A stretch of 64,000 nucleotides of DNA from Takakia lepidozioides (Eukaryota > Plantae > Bryophyta), in the NCBI GenBank assembly GCA_030704615.1, contig CM060731.1, forward strand, positions 50,778,001 through 50,842,000, written 5' to 3'. Each line of letters begins with the position of its first letter. Within the stretch, counting starts at the first letter, position 1. A program made the position numbers and the translations under genes. Positions 12,585-22,888 of the stretch are shown one piece after another. The notes beneath the pieces are model-generated. The model was not told the DNA's origin. It searched no databases and worked only from the letters and a program-made list of their open reading frames with translations.

Positions 12585-13670
12585 TGCGACGCCAGCTGCG
12601 CCCCCACGCCCCGCACGGCATTGAGCCTACAACGCTAACCCCGCGGCGCCTTTCCTCTGCTGCGACGCCCAGCCGTCGCAAGGTGGCATGAAGGGGAAAG
12701 GGCGGATTTTTTTTTTTCTTGCGACGCCATACCAATTTATTTTCTTTATTTTGGGCGTTGCGACGCCCTGGCGTCGCAAAATCGTCATTGAGGGCGCCCC
12801 AGCGCCTCTGCGACGCCGGGGTGTCACAACAACATAGCCACAATGAGGGTTTGTTTGTTTTTTTTTTTTTTTTTTTTGGGCTTTGCGGCCCTCAACGTCA
12901 CAAAAGCGTCGCTAGGGGCGCCCCGCTCTGGGACGCCCAACGTTGCGACGCCAGGGGGTCGCAACGGCGTCGTCACATGGGGTCGCAATAGTGTTGTAGT
13001 CAGCTTAGGTCATCACAATGACGTCGCTTGGGGCGTTTGGCGGTGGGGCTGCAACAACGACGACGACGCTGGGGCTGGGGCTGGGGCTGGGTACTCAAGC
13101 TGTGGAGGTTGCAACTCCCCGGCGTCACAAGAGGGACCCCCTTAGAAGGAATTTGAAAGAAATCTTGATATGTACATATATATTTAGATTGCTTTTGTGA
13201 TACATAGATGTTTCGTAGGTGTGTTGGTTAGTCTGTAGTGTCTTAGAAATGTTATAACGTGGGGGACCTAGGTTCAAGTATGCATTGCCTAATATATTTA
13301 GAACAATGAACATGTCGCCATTGGACAAACCGGAGTCAATGGTCAACACGTTTTTTAAATTTAAATTTCAAATTCAAATTTTCCCACATAAATTCAAATG
13401 TACCCCCTTAAACTGCGACGTCCGGGCATCGCACTTTGCGACCTTTGGATGTTGCTAATTCGGCATTGCAGCGTAGGTTTTTATTATTATTATTAATTTT
13501 TTTTAACGCCCTGGCGTCGCAAATCGCCGTGGCGCAAATTTACAACCCCCATCGGTCACAAATTTGCGACGTCTTTTTGGCGACGCCCTTGCGACGCCCG
13601 GGCGTCGCAAAATTGGCCCCTCCCCCCTCCCGAAAAGTGTTGTTTTGCGACGCCACGATGTCGCAAAAAA
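12585..13670. repeat. Dense array of (T)GCGACGCC motifs in both orientations, probably TIR-transposon subterminal repeats
   Basis: Many GCGACGCC/GGCGTCGC copies in 12585-13130 and 13415-13665; termini not resolved. Confidence 0.6.
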
Positions 13671-13729
13671 AAAAAACCCCCCCCCCACTCTCTTTACATG
13701 TAATGTTTGATGGGAAGGTGGACACCTTT

Positions 13730-13810
13730 ATGACATCCGACATGTGGTTTGAACCCACAACCACCCGCGAGGCAATTTCTACCCTTACCATTGAGCTACA
13801 TGTGGGTTGT
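13730..13810 (-). mobile_element. tRNA-derived SINE head
   Basis: Minus strand has an A-box TAGCTCAATGG and a B-box GGTTCAAACC; no clean cloverleaf. Confidence 0.55.
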
Positions 13811-14002
13811 CTTATTTATATTTTGTCCTTTCTTTGTCCTTTCTTTTGTAACAAACAAAAGAAAAAGAAAAAGAACCCATTGAATTGCTAAGTTTTGTTG
13901 TTCTAAGAAATACTAATCGTTGTTAGAACAAAAAAGAATGTCATAATCATTAATTGTTTTACTTATCCTTCATTTCAGTCTTATTCCCTAGACTTACCAC
14001 CA

Positions 14003-14245
14003 ATCAGTACGTGGCTCAGTTGGATAATGCACTAAGTGCCACCCAGATGATTTTGGGGTCAACTCCCGCTACATTGTCAGGTGTGGAATGTTCTTCTCCG
14101 CATTCCCCTCGGCCGTGTCCCATGAGCAAGCCTCGGGGCGAGGTGAGGTTAATGTGAAAGAGGTTATTTTCTCCTCTCACTATAATTATGGACAGGCCTG
14201 ATTTGTGAGCTGTCTTCCCAGGTGGTTCCCTTAGAGGAAAAAAAA
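14003..14245 (+). mobile_element. tRNA-derived SINE with poly(A) tail
   Basis: A-box TGGCTCAGTTGG, degenerate B-box GGGGTCAACTCC and a 3' A-run. The head is homologous to 31270-31347 and the tail to 29714-29850. Confidence 0.75.
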
Positions 14246-15301
14246 TATTTATGTATCATTCTTTATGCATCAGACCTAGGTTTTCATGTTACATACATCA
14301 AACTTATGTTAATCTTAAAACTCTCAATCTATTTATTTGTCTTAATGTTGAGGTTTACCTATAAGTGTTAAAAAAATAGAATAAACATAATGTGTCACAT
14401 TTATCCAAGTTTGACCGGATGCACTGATACAATTTCATTGAGCCTATTCAATGAACTTAGATGACTATCAAATATGGCACATTAGACAACACTAACATTA
14501 CAAAGCATTGGAAATATGTCGGCTCCACAAAGAAGTTTGAATGTTGTAGCAATGTATTTTACCATCAAACTCAAATAGTGGATCTTTGCCGGATTTAGTT
14601 TAGTCCATGTGGCAGACAATGCAAGGTGTACAACTATAGAGTTGGCCGAAAAACTAGAGCGAAACCAAAAGTATGATTATCTTTTTGTATATGCCCAGCC
14701 CCGGCCTTTGTCATTCATTGTTAATGTTGAACAAAAGTTAACTCTTGTCGATGTTAGCCTTACATTGTGTTGTAACTACTATTCCGAACTACTAATGTCT
14801 TGCCTTTGGAAATTGTTCACCTTCTACAATGTGGTTGCCCAAACCTCCCCCAATGATTACAAAGTCCCTTACGTACCCACAGGTTAAATCACCGGTTGTT
14901 AGCTCATGTATAAAGTTTATCATTTTTTCTGTGGTTAGAATGATGTTCATATCTAGTTATGTCGATATGTCCAGTGGGCCTGCTGGTTAGAACTTGATTT
15001 TCAAACCAATATGCTGTTAGCCGGTGAGGCGCTTGATTGTAAATAAATAAAAACAAATAAAAAATATCATGTTGCTCTACCTATTAATTGTAGTTTAAAT
15101 GGGAGTATTGGAGGTTAATATCCTCCGGTTACGTTAGGTTAACTGGATCGTAATTAGCATTAAGCTAGATATAAAAAACAGAGATATATGTGTTGGTTCA
15201 CCCTCCATGTTATGTACAATATTTTAGGCTCAATCAAGTGAGTGAAAGATATTGAGGTAAATACCCTAGTAACATGAACATTCTTCACCGGAATAATCAT
15301 T

Positions 15302-15466
15302 CAATAAATAGTCCAATGGTTGGGGTAACAATGTTTGGGGTGTAGCCACGAGACGAACAATAAACAGTCCAATGCTTGGGGTAATAATTTGGGATGTAGC
15401 CCCAGACGAACAATAAATAGTCCAATGGTTGGGGTAACAATGTTTGGGCTGTAGCCACCAGGCGAA
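15302..15466 (+). repeat. Three tandem ~55-bp units (CAATAAATAGTCCAATGGTTGGGGTAACAATGTTTGGG.TGTAGCC...CGAA)
   Basis: Directly visible. They lie left of a PPT-like ACAACAGCCCCCCTAG at 15718-15733, suggesting an older LTR remnant. Confidence 0.75.
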
Positions 15467-15869
15467 GTGGCTCTTAGTTACGTCGGTTTCGGCTGGAGTC
15501 TTCTCTCCTGTCTCTTGGGTAACAACGTCGTCTTACAAGTGCTCGTCGGTTCAAAGTCCCATAGGTGGATCTCACAGAATCTGCGGGTACCTAGGGTCTT
15601 TGGAGTCCATAGGGGAGGTTCGGGCAACTCCATGGTCCACTTATGGGTGTTAGAAAAAGGTGTCCATCTTCCAAAGGAAAGATCGTGGAACTTGGGGACG
15701 AAGTTACTCCACACTTTACAACAGCCCCCCTAGGAGTCAACCTTTCACAAGGATTGTGTATCAATGACAAATGGCGGCATTGGGCGTATATTCAGAAGAC
15801 AATCACAGTTTTGTTTTGTCTCTATTTATCGCAATTCTAACACCACTGGAGGCCAGCATTATAATGCTT

Positions 15870-15956
15870 TGTCGTGCGCATACATATCGCTACACAACTA
15901 CATCGCTGTCCAAACCACACCACACATATATGCACAATAAAGTAGTCTGCCACAAT
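15870..15956 (-). repeat. Terminal repeat A, outer copy (87 bp)
   Basis: Identical to 16312-16398. Confidence 0.95.
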
Positions 15957-16309
15957 AAACAAAGCTAAAAAGGACATACACTTCCAACACAAGAAATATA
16001 AAATCCATCGCTATCACTCATTGAAACTGAAGTCGAGCCAGGGGCACCCCAAGCTATGGGGACTCCACCCCACAACAACCTGTATCCCTACATAAGCACA
16101 CTAAAACCTAAACACATGCAGGAGCTCGGTCGCGCAGGCTCAACTCGAGAGAGATGAGCCACGCGACCGCCGCTCTCGTGAAGATAAGGCCATTCAGGTG
16201 TCAAACTAAACTTGACACCTGATTTAACACTTGACCTAAATCCAAGTGTTAAATACAAATAACTAGCTTTATTCTAGTTGTTTTCACACTGTGCTTATTT
16301 AACTTGACA
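15955..16309 (-). repeat. Terminal repeat B, 3' copy (355 bp)
   Basis: Identical to 26995-27349. Confidence 0.95.
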
Positions 16310-16311
16310 GC

Positions 16312-16398
16312 TGTCGTGCGCATACATATCGCTACACAACTACATCGCTGTCCAAACCACACCACACATATATGCACAATAAAGTAGTCTGCCACAAT
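16312..16398 (-). repeat. Terminal repeat A, inner copy (87 bp), immediately downstream of the polypurine tract
   Basis: Identical to 15870-15956. Minus strand reads CTAGGGGGGCGAT-TGTGGC. Confidence 0.95.
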
Positions 16399-16655
16399 CG
16401 CCCCCCTAGCTGGTGGATAGGTCCCTCTAACTCCAGATAGCTACAAGATGTAATAGCCACAGCCGTCCTAAGTCCCCTATCACTGTCCCTATTGTACTCA
16501 AATTCTATAGACCAAGAGGCCGGGTACAAGAGTAGCCCCATCATTAGTCGCCGTCTTGCAATCTGTGAACTTGAGCCAGAACCTCATGTATTCAAGGTAT
16601 CCTGTAGCTGGGCCTTGCGTTGCTTGTTAGCCTTCCATGGTTGTATCCACTCCCA

Positions 16656-18293
16656 CTATCCAATGCATTGTGGACATAACCAATCCCCATCCGGAACCAT
16701 CTCAAGAGGTGGTGTCAAGCACCCCATATGCCAACCTCTAGAGCATCGATCACACACCAGCATGGTGGCTGCCCCTTTAGCAGACCCACACAACATGCAC
16801 CTCAAACCTGCAGATACCACTGCCAGGTTTGGGTCAATCCTGCCATCGACATTCGGAAGGTGACATGGCGCACAATTACGCACATGGTCCTTCCAAGTGA
16901 TGCCATCCCGACCCTCCAAGACCAAGACGCCTGAGGGCAAGACCTCTCGAACCCTCAAAATAACACGTCCTGCAGTCACATCCAGGGTCGTAGGAGCAGT
17001 CTGCTGCAGATAGACATAGTCACCAGGGTTGAATCTCCGAACCCCAGGACGATAGCCCCCACCACGTATGGTAGCATACCTCAACGTATCACGGTGTTGT
17101 GCAATGGCAAGGTTCTCGAAAGCCATAGGCATGACTCTCTTGAACAACTCTGCACGCTGCTCACATGCACGTGCCCACACGTCCGGATCGTCAAGGTTAA
17201 GAACTGTAACAGCTTCTCTGCGAATGGATGTAGGCAAATCCGGCTCTCGGCCAAAGAGAAGAAAGTATGGTGAAAAGGAGGCAAGTGATGCTTGCTTGCT
17301 GAACCTGTAGCCCATGGCTAACCAGGGTAACTGAAGGTCCCAATCTCCTAGGTGTCCCTTCTGCAAGCCATACTTGCGCAAACCCCTCTTTACTGTCTGA
17401 ACAACTCTCTCTGCCAAGCCATCGGCTTCAGGATGATCCCGAGAAGTGGTGCGGTGGTCTATCAAGGCCTTGTCACACAAAGCCTGAAACTCCCCCAAGA
17501 ATTCTCTCCCTTGGTCCGTGAGTACCTCAGCTGGAGCACCGAATCGGCTAAGCACACAATCCAGGAATGCATACGCAGCTCCCTCACTAGCCTTATCAGG
17601 CAATGGAACCAATTCAATCCACTTGGAGAAGTGCTCCACCATCACCAACACGTACTTGTTGTGGCGCATGGTCAGTGGCAACGGCCCTGCGAAGTCAAGA
17701 CTCCACCTGTAGCCCAATCCCATGATCGGAAGAGGGTGCAATTGTGGAGTAGGGGCGTTGAATGAAGCACGCACCCTGTCACACACCATGCACCTAGCCA
17801 CAAAGTGTTGTACCTCTGTGTGCATACCACGCCACCAATACTGCCCCTGCAGTAGACTATGAGTGCGTCGCACCCCAAAATGCCCCAACTCCTCATGGGC
17901 ATGCCGCACTAACCGTGCCCGCTGTGTTGGGTGAGGCACAATCCTCACTCGACCATCCTCCCACACTCGGAGCAGGTGTGTCCCCTCCCACCTGAACCTC
18001 TTGGCTCGTTGTAGGATCCGATCCCTCTCCTTGGCAGTCATAGTGGCTGCCGTGTCTCCACTGCGGAGGTAGTCCAACACAACTGAATCCTCATGTATAT
18101 CTTTGGCGCCACCCTGCTCATTGCTGGCCTCAGGGTCCTCAGACACTTGATCTACAGTCATCCCTGTTGTAGGTCCAACCTGGCCTTCCGCTGCCAAGAT
18201 ACACAGAAATGCAGATGCATGCCATCCGGGCACCATCTCCTCGTCCGTCTCACCATGCCACCGAGCTCCAGTGTCATCCTGTGGCTCGTGCAT
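16656..18293 (-). CDS. Integrase (HHCC + DDE core + SH3-like region) with C-terminal PHD finger; continues pol after a 1-nt frameshift near 18283
   Basis: HAHEELGH...CMVC; WSLDFAGP, VLTDQGREF and DGLAERVVQTVK; CMLC...CDRCSRGWHMGC...WLCPQC (C4HC3). Confidence 0.95.
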   Translation of the reverse strand: MHEPQDDTGARWHGETDEEMVPGWHASAFLCILAAEGQVGPTTGMTVDQVSEDPEASNEQGGAKDIHEDSVVLDYLRSGDTAATMTAKERDRILQRAKRFRWEGTHLLRVWEDGRVRIVPHPTQRARLVRHAHEELGHFGVRRTHSLLQGQYWWRGMHTEVQHFVARCMVCDRVRASFNAPTPQLHPLPIMGLGYRWSLDFAGPLPLTMRHNKYVLVMVEHFSKWIELVPLPDKASEGAAYAFLDCVLSRFGAPAEVLTDQGREFLGEFQALCDKALIDHRTTSRDHPEADGLAERVVQTVKRGLRKYGLQKGHLGDWDLQLPWLAMGYRFSKQASLASFSPYFLLFGREPDLPTSIRREAVTVLNLDDPDVWARACEQRAELFKRVMPMAFENLAIAQHRDTLRYATIRGGGYRPGVRRFNPGDYVYLQQTAPTTLDVTAGRVILRVREVLPSGVLVLEGRDGITWKDHVRNCAPCHLPNVDGRIDPNLAVVSAGLRCMLCGSAKGAATMLVCDRCSRGWHMGCLTPPLEMVPDGDWLCPQCIG

Positions 18294-19789
18294 GGATTGC
18301 GACTCAACCCATCTGCATTTCGATTGACCAAACCCGGTCGATGCACCACCTGAAAGTCATACTCTTGAAGGATGAGTGCCCACCGTGCAAGCTTCCCCGT
18401 AAGCTTGTCTGACTCCATCAACCACTTGAGTGGTTGGTGATCCGTGACAAGGGTGAAGAGATTGCCGTATAAATAGCACCTGAAGTGTGCCACGGCCCAC
18501 ACTGCAGCTAAGCATTCTCCCTCATATGAGCTATACTTAGACTCTGCAGCATTGTTCGAGCGGCTAGCATAAGCCACTACGAACTCTCTTCCCTCATCAT
18601 CCACCTGTGTGAGCACCGCTCCAAGCCCCAGCATGCTCCAATCTGTATGCAGCTGAAAAGGACGCCCCCTGATAGGTCGTCTCAAGATGGGCGCCGAGGT
18701 CAACCTCGCCTTGAGCTCTTGAAAAGCTTGTTCTTGCTCATCTTCCCACTGCCACTCCTGGTCCACCTTGGTCAGCTTGGTTAGAGCCTTTGCAATGGCA
18801 CTAAATCCCTTAACAAACCGTCTGTAATAGTTTGCTAACCCCATGAAAGCTCGAACTCGGCTCACATCCGTGGGGCGTGGAACCTGTGCAATGGACTCTA
18901 CCTTAGTCTGCTGTACCCCCAATCCTCCAGGATATATCATGTGACCCAGATACTCAATCTGGTTGTGGAAAAACTTGCACTTGCCCGGATGTAACTTCAA
19001 TCCGTGCGTCCTCAAGCGCTCAAATACCCCCTGAAGGTGTCTCTCATGCTCCTCCACCGTAGCACTAAAGATGATGATGTCATCTATGTAGCACCGAGCA
19101 AACTCCACCCCTGCTAGAATCCTGTCCATGACTCTTTGAAACTCAGCGGGAGCGTTTTTAAGCCCAAATGGTAAGAACCGCCACTGGTATAGGCAATCCT
19201 TCCCGTGCTCATTGATCCCCCAGAATGCCGTCTTTTGCTTATCCGCCTCCTTGATCGGCAACTGGTGATATCCGGATCGTAAATCCAACGTGCTAAAGAC
19301 CTTGGAATGCCCAATGGCATCAAAGATCTCCTCTGGTGTTGGCATGGCATACCTATCGGACTTGGTCTGACGATTTACAGGCCGGTAATCACCGCACATA
19401 CGTCTCTCCGTCCAATTGCCATAGACATCCTTCTTAGCTGGCATCACTGTGGCTGAAGCATACTCTCCACCAGAGAGCTCCACCAAACCTGCCTCCCAGA
19501 GATCTTGAGTCCTCATCTGAATCAAAGACCTCTCCATGTCACTGTATCTATAGGGTCTCCGAAAGATTGGCGTGTCAGTGGCCAACTCAATACGGATCTC
19601 TTGACCCTTCAGTGCTCCCAAGTCCTTCAAACTGAAGGCAAAGCAATTCCTGTAAGCCCTCAGGAACCGCCGTATACGTCGTCTCTCTCCTCCGGTGACA
19701 ATGGGTCCAATATCAGGCTCCCAATTGTCCTCCGTAACTGCAACCTTAAGTCCAGTGGGCTTAGAGGTAGAGGACGCGTCCCGTGGTTG
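18158..19789 (-). CDS. Reverse transcriptase and RNase H (in frame with the upstream ORF across one TAG)
   Basis: RMCGDYRPVN, LDLRSGYHQ, LPFGLKNAP and YIDD; RNase H LHTDWS...YASR...EGECLA...TDHQPL...NADGLSR. 19631-19789 is open in the same frame. Confidence 0.95.
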   Translation of the reverse strand, partial: QPRDASSTSKPTGLKVAVTEDNWEPDIGPIVTGGERRRIRRFLRAYRNCFAFSLKDLGALKGQEIRIELATDTPIFRRPYRYSDMERSLIQMRTQDLWEAGLVELSGGEYASATVMPAKKDVYGNWTERRMCGDYRPVNRQTKSDRYAMPTPEEIFDAIGHSKVFSTLDLRSGYHQLPIKEADKQKTAFWGINEHGKDCLYQWRFLPFGLKNAPAEFQRVMDRILAGVEFARCYIDDIIIFSATVEEHERHLQGVFERLRTHGLKLHPGKCKFFHNQIEYLGHMIYPGGLGVQQTKVESIAQVPRPTDVSRVRAFMGLANYYRRFVKGFSAIAKALTKLTKVDQEWQWEDEQEQAFQELKARLTSAPILRRPIRGRPFQLHTDWSMLGLGAVLTQVDDEGREFVVAYASRSNNAAESKYSSYEGECLAAVWAVAHFRCYLYGNLFTLVTDHQPLKWLMESDKLTGKLARWALILQEYDFQVVHRPGLVNRNADGLSRNPCTSHRMTLELGGMVRRTRRWCPDGMHLHFCVSWQRKARLDLQQG

Positions 19790-22700
19790 CTATGCTGCAA
19801 CCTCTTGAGCAGTACCCCCTTCCTGCTCAGTCAATGACAAGGCCTCATCCTGCCCCATCATCTCATCATTGAGAACCTCCTCATCCCGAGAAGAATCCCC
19901 AACCTCATCCATCACAGCTGCCTTCGCTGCCAACTCCCTCTGAACCTCGAGCACCTCCCACATGTGCCATGGATGTCTACACCTCGTGGTCCTCACCGGC
20001 TCGCCCCCACTCGCTGCCTGTACCGTCTCGGTAGGCAGAGAGACCATCAAGGGAAGTGCACTCCGCACTCTACGTTGCTCAGCCATAGCCAAGCTGACAA
20101 TCCAGGTCAAGCAATTGAGATCCATTGCTTGCCCCAACACCTGACGACGTGATGCCTCAGAAAGGGAAGGCACCGCCGTGGTCCCAGTGGAAAACCCCAT
20201 AGCCCGCTCTCGCTCGTCGGCATTAGGCTCCACTAACTGCTGCAACTGAGCATCCCACAGGAGGCCAGGTCCACCATCCCGAAAAGCATGGGATCCTGGG
20301 AAGCTGAGCAGTGTAGGTAATGCTGCTCGTGGTTGACCCACTCTGTTGACCACTGCCAAAGGTGAACGGTCATCGTGTCTCACACGTTGAGACTGCCTTC
20401 CTGTGTCCAAAATGCCATCCACGGTGAGGTGTGCTGGCCGCTGCACCCCATCAAATGCACGCTTGAGCAGTGCGGGTGGCATCAAGTTAGTCCACCATAG
20501 TCGTGGACGATGAGCCCGTGACCCCACTGCAGCTGCATCCAGCAATACTGCTGACCCAAGCCACGACCGGACTTGATGCACACTGGCCATCACCCTGGCC
20601 CGAGAATCACCCATCAGTGGCACATTCTCCAAGATGTATGCCGGAGATACAGCCTGATGAAGCTGCAAGTGGCGCAAAATCCGCACCATCTCCCAAAACA
20701 GACCCGTCCTCGAGTCTCGCAATCCATTGCCATGCCCGGCTGATGAATGCCCTTGGCAGGGCCAACCTGCCACTACCAGATCAATGGAGCCAACCCGCTC
20801 CAAATCCTGCGCCCCCAGCAACGAAATGTCTGCTGGCAAGGCCTGCTGATATCCACGAACTGCAGACACCTGCAACAACTCAGGGTGCTGCTGCACCATC
20901 TGAGCAACATGGCGCAGTGAGACGCGTCGTGCAGTCTCATCCCTCTCCACATACAGGTAACGTCGAACTCGTACACCTGCCTGCAGCACTGCAGCCAATC
21001 CAGTGCTGATCCCGCCAAATAAGTCCAGAAGGCATATGCCTTCATCCGGTCGCTGCCACACAAGAGGTGTGGTGTCCAATGGCGACAACTGAGGTGGCCC
21101 TGGTACAATCACCGCACTCTCCTCCTCTCCTGACGGTACAAAAGCTTCTACCCAAGCTTGTTGCACCCGTCCATCAGCAGCGTGCTGCAAATCCTTGCTC
21201 GTACCCCACAACGGAGTGTGAGCAACCATGGCAGGCAACTCCGCCGTACCATGCATGTCATCCTGCTCTGCTGGAGGTGGCACATCCTCTGCATAGGCAT
21301 TGCCTTCCAGCAACTCTCCAGGCCAGCTGACTGCAGCTGTGAAGGCGGCTAGTGTTGGCATCTTGCCCCGCTGAGTAGCTGCAATACCCCCAATGAATGT
21401 CACAGGGAGCTGTGCACGGCGACCATCCCCTGACTGCCATCCAGGCCTGTAGGATGCTGACTCCTCCCAGAAATCCAGGGTGAAGCCCATGGGGTATAAC
21501 ACTGCCCCACCAACGAGGACATCGTAAGAGACCGCGTCTGTCACAATGGCCTTGGCTCGCATCACTGAGCCATCTACAGGATGATCCGGCTGCAGTCTAA
21601 TAGCCAACTGATGCCGTGTCATGCCGCGAGCCTGCTCTGATCCTCCCAGAGATGTCTGTATCTGGAAAGGACAAGGCTCCATATCCGCCTCCATGAGGCC
21701 CAAACCTGCAATAGCAGCTCTGCCCAACATCAGTGGCTGAGCTCCTGAGTCCAACAAGACCCGCAGTGGCCGGTACTTCTTGCTTGCCGGTCCACTCAAA
21801 GTGAAAATGCCTCCCTGGTTGTCTAACAAGACAACTCCAGGTGTCACCATGGCGCGCTCAATGGCTGGCCTAGCTGGCAGCTCCGTCAATCTGGCAGCTG
21901 CAGCTTGCCAGGGCGCTGCCGTGGCAGTCTTGACCCTCAAATCCGAGGATCCCTCTGCCACTACACCTTCCACTAACTCCGCAGAAGATGAAGTGACCTC
22001 TTGACTCTCGCAGAGTGTTGCTGCTAGTCTGAACACTGCAGCTGGTCTCACTCCCGGCGTCGCAATCATGGTTGCCGAGAACAATGGGGCTTGACACACA
22101 GAGGTGGCTGCCCCCAATAACACACCGGCCGTACTAGCCTTGGCAGCAGGAGTCAATGCTGCACGTGTAGCTCTCCCCAATGGCATAGTAACCTCCGCCT
22201 CGGTAACAGTCGGGCGAGAACTAGGTGCCATGGATGGCGTTGACACTGTCTCCGCCAAGGTGAATGACTGAGGCAGCCTTGCCTGGCGGCTTGCTTCCCC
22301 ACGTTGTGGATCCAACTCCACCTCTGCACCTCGTGGCTCAGGAACTCGTGTTGCTCCTCGAGTCACGGCTGCAGCAGACTCCACCTGCTCTAATGGTAGT
22401 GCTGCTCCGCACATAAATCCCATGCCTCCCATATCTCCTCCCTCAGGAGCAGGAGGTGGACCATCCCGCCTGGGAGCCGGTACCGCCTGAGCTATAGTCA
22501 TGGCAGCGAGCCTCTGCTCTAGCTGCTGAAGCCGGTTGGCCATGCCTTGATCAACGCCCTGACCTCCACGTCCTTGGCCATGTTGAGCTTGCCCTTGGCC
22601 TGCACCTCGTGCCCGACCACCTCGTCCTCTTTGGGCTGGTCCACCTCGCCCCCGGCCACCATTGTTCCCTTGGAACTGGCCTGGGCGCAACTCAGGATGC

Positions 22701-22888
22701 AAGTCATAACACTGGGCATCTCCATGCCCATATTTGCCACAATGCCCACACTGCAACTGTGCAGGCTGTGCTTGTGCCGGCCTTCTGCCACTCTCTGGGC
22801 AATCTCTCTTGACATGGGGTCCTCCACATGTCCAACATATCACCCCTGGTTGCTGTTGGCCTGCAAAAGATGCCACGGGCCTTTGCAC
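19790..22888 (-). CDS. Nucleocapsid zinc knuckles, aspartic protease and DNMT3-like C5-cytosine methyltransferase
   Basis: CWTCGGPHVKRDC and CGHCGKYGHGDAQC; LLDSGA...DVLVG. C5-MTase motifs: I LDLFGGIS, II YVERD, IV AGWPCQ, VI LENV, VIII HRPRLWWTN, IX ERERAMGF, X LGQAM. Confidence 0.95.
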   Translation of the reverse strand: MQRPVASFAGQQQPGVICWTCGGPHVKRDCPESGRRPAQAQPAQLQCGHCGKYGHGDAQCYDLHPELRPGQFQGNNGGRGRGGPAQRGRGGRARGAGQGQAQHGQGRGGQGVDQGMANRLQQLEQRLAAMTIAQAVPAPRRDGPPPAPEGGDMGGMGFMCGAALPLEQVESAAAVTRGATRVPEPRGAEVELDPQRGEASRQARLPQSFTLAETVSTPSMAPSSRPTVTEAEVTMPLGRATRAALTPAAKASTAGVLLGAATSVCQAPLFSATMIATPGVRPAAVFRLAATLCESQEVTSSSAELVEGVVAEGSSDLRVKTATAAPWQAAAARLTELPARPAIERAMVTPGVVLLDNQGGIFTLSGPASKKYRPLRVLLDSGAQPLMLGRAAIAGLGLMEADMEPCPFQIQTSLGGSEQARGMTRHQLAIRLQPDHPVDGSVMRAKAIVTDAVSYDVLVGGAVLYPMGFTLDFWEESASYRPGWQSGDGRRAQLPVTFIGGIAATQRGKMPTLAAFTAAVSWPGELLEGNAYAEDVPPPAEQDDMHGTAELPAMVAHTPLWGTSKDLQHAADGRVQQAWVEAFVPSGEEESAVIVPGPPQLSPLDTTPLVWQRPDEGICLLDLFGGISTGLAAVLQAGVRVRRYLYVERDETARRVSLRHVAQMVQQHPELLQVSAVRGYQQALPADISLLGAQDLERVGSIDLVVAGWPCQGHSSAGHGNGLRDSRTGLFWEMVRILRHLQLHQAVSPAYILENVPLMGDSRARVMASVHQVRSWLGSAVLLDAAAVGSRAHRPRLWWTNLMPPALLKRAFDGVQRPAHLTVDGILDTGRQSQRVRHDDRSPLAVVNRVGQPRAALPTLLSFPGSHAFRDGGPGLLWDAQLQQLVEPNADERERAMGFSTGTTAVPSLSEASRRQVLGQAMDLNCLTWIVSLAMAEQRRVRSALPLMVSLPTETVQAASGGEPVRTTRCRHPWHMWEVLEVQRELAAKAAVMDEVGDSSRDEEVLNDEMMGQDEALSLTEQEGGTAQEVAA

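Noticed and set aside
13730-14080. tRNA genes (also 31270-31347)
   Set aside because: A and B boxes are present but there is no convincing acceptor or anticodon stem; shared tails and poly(A) indicate SINEs.
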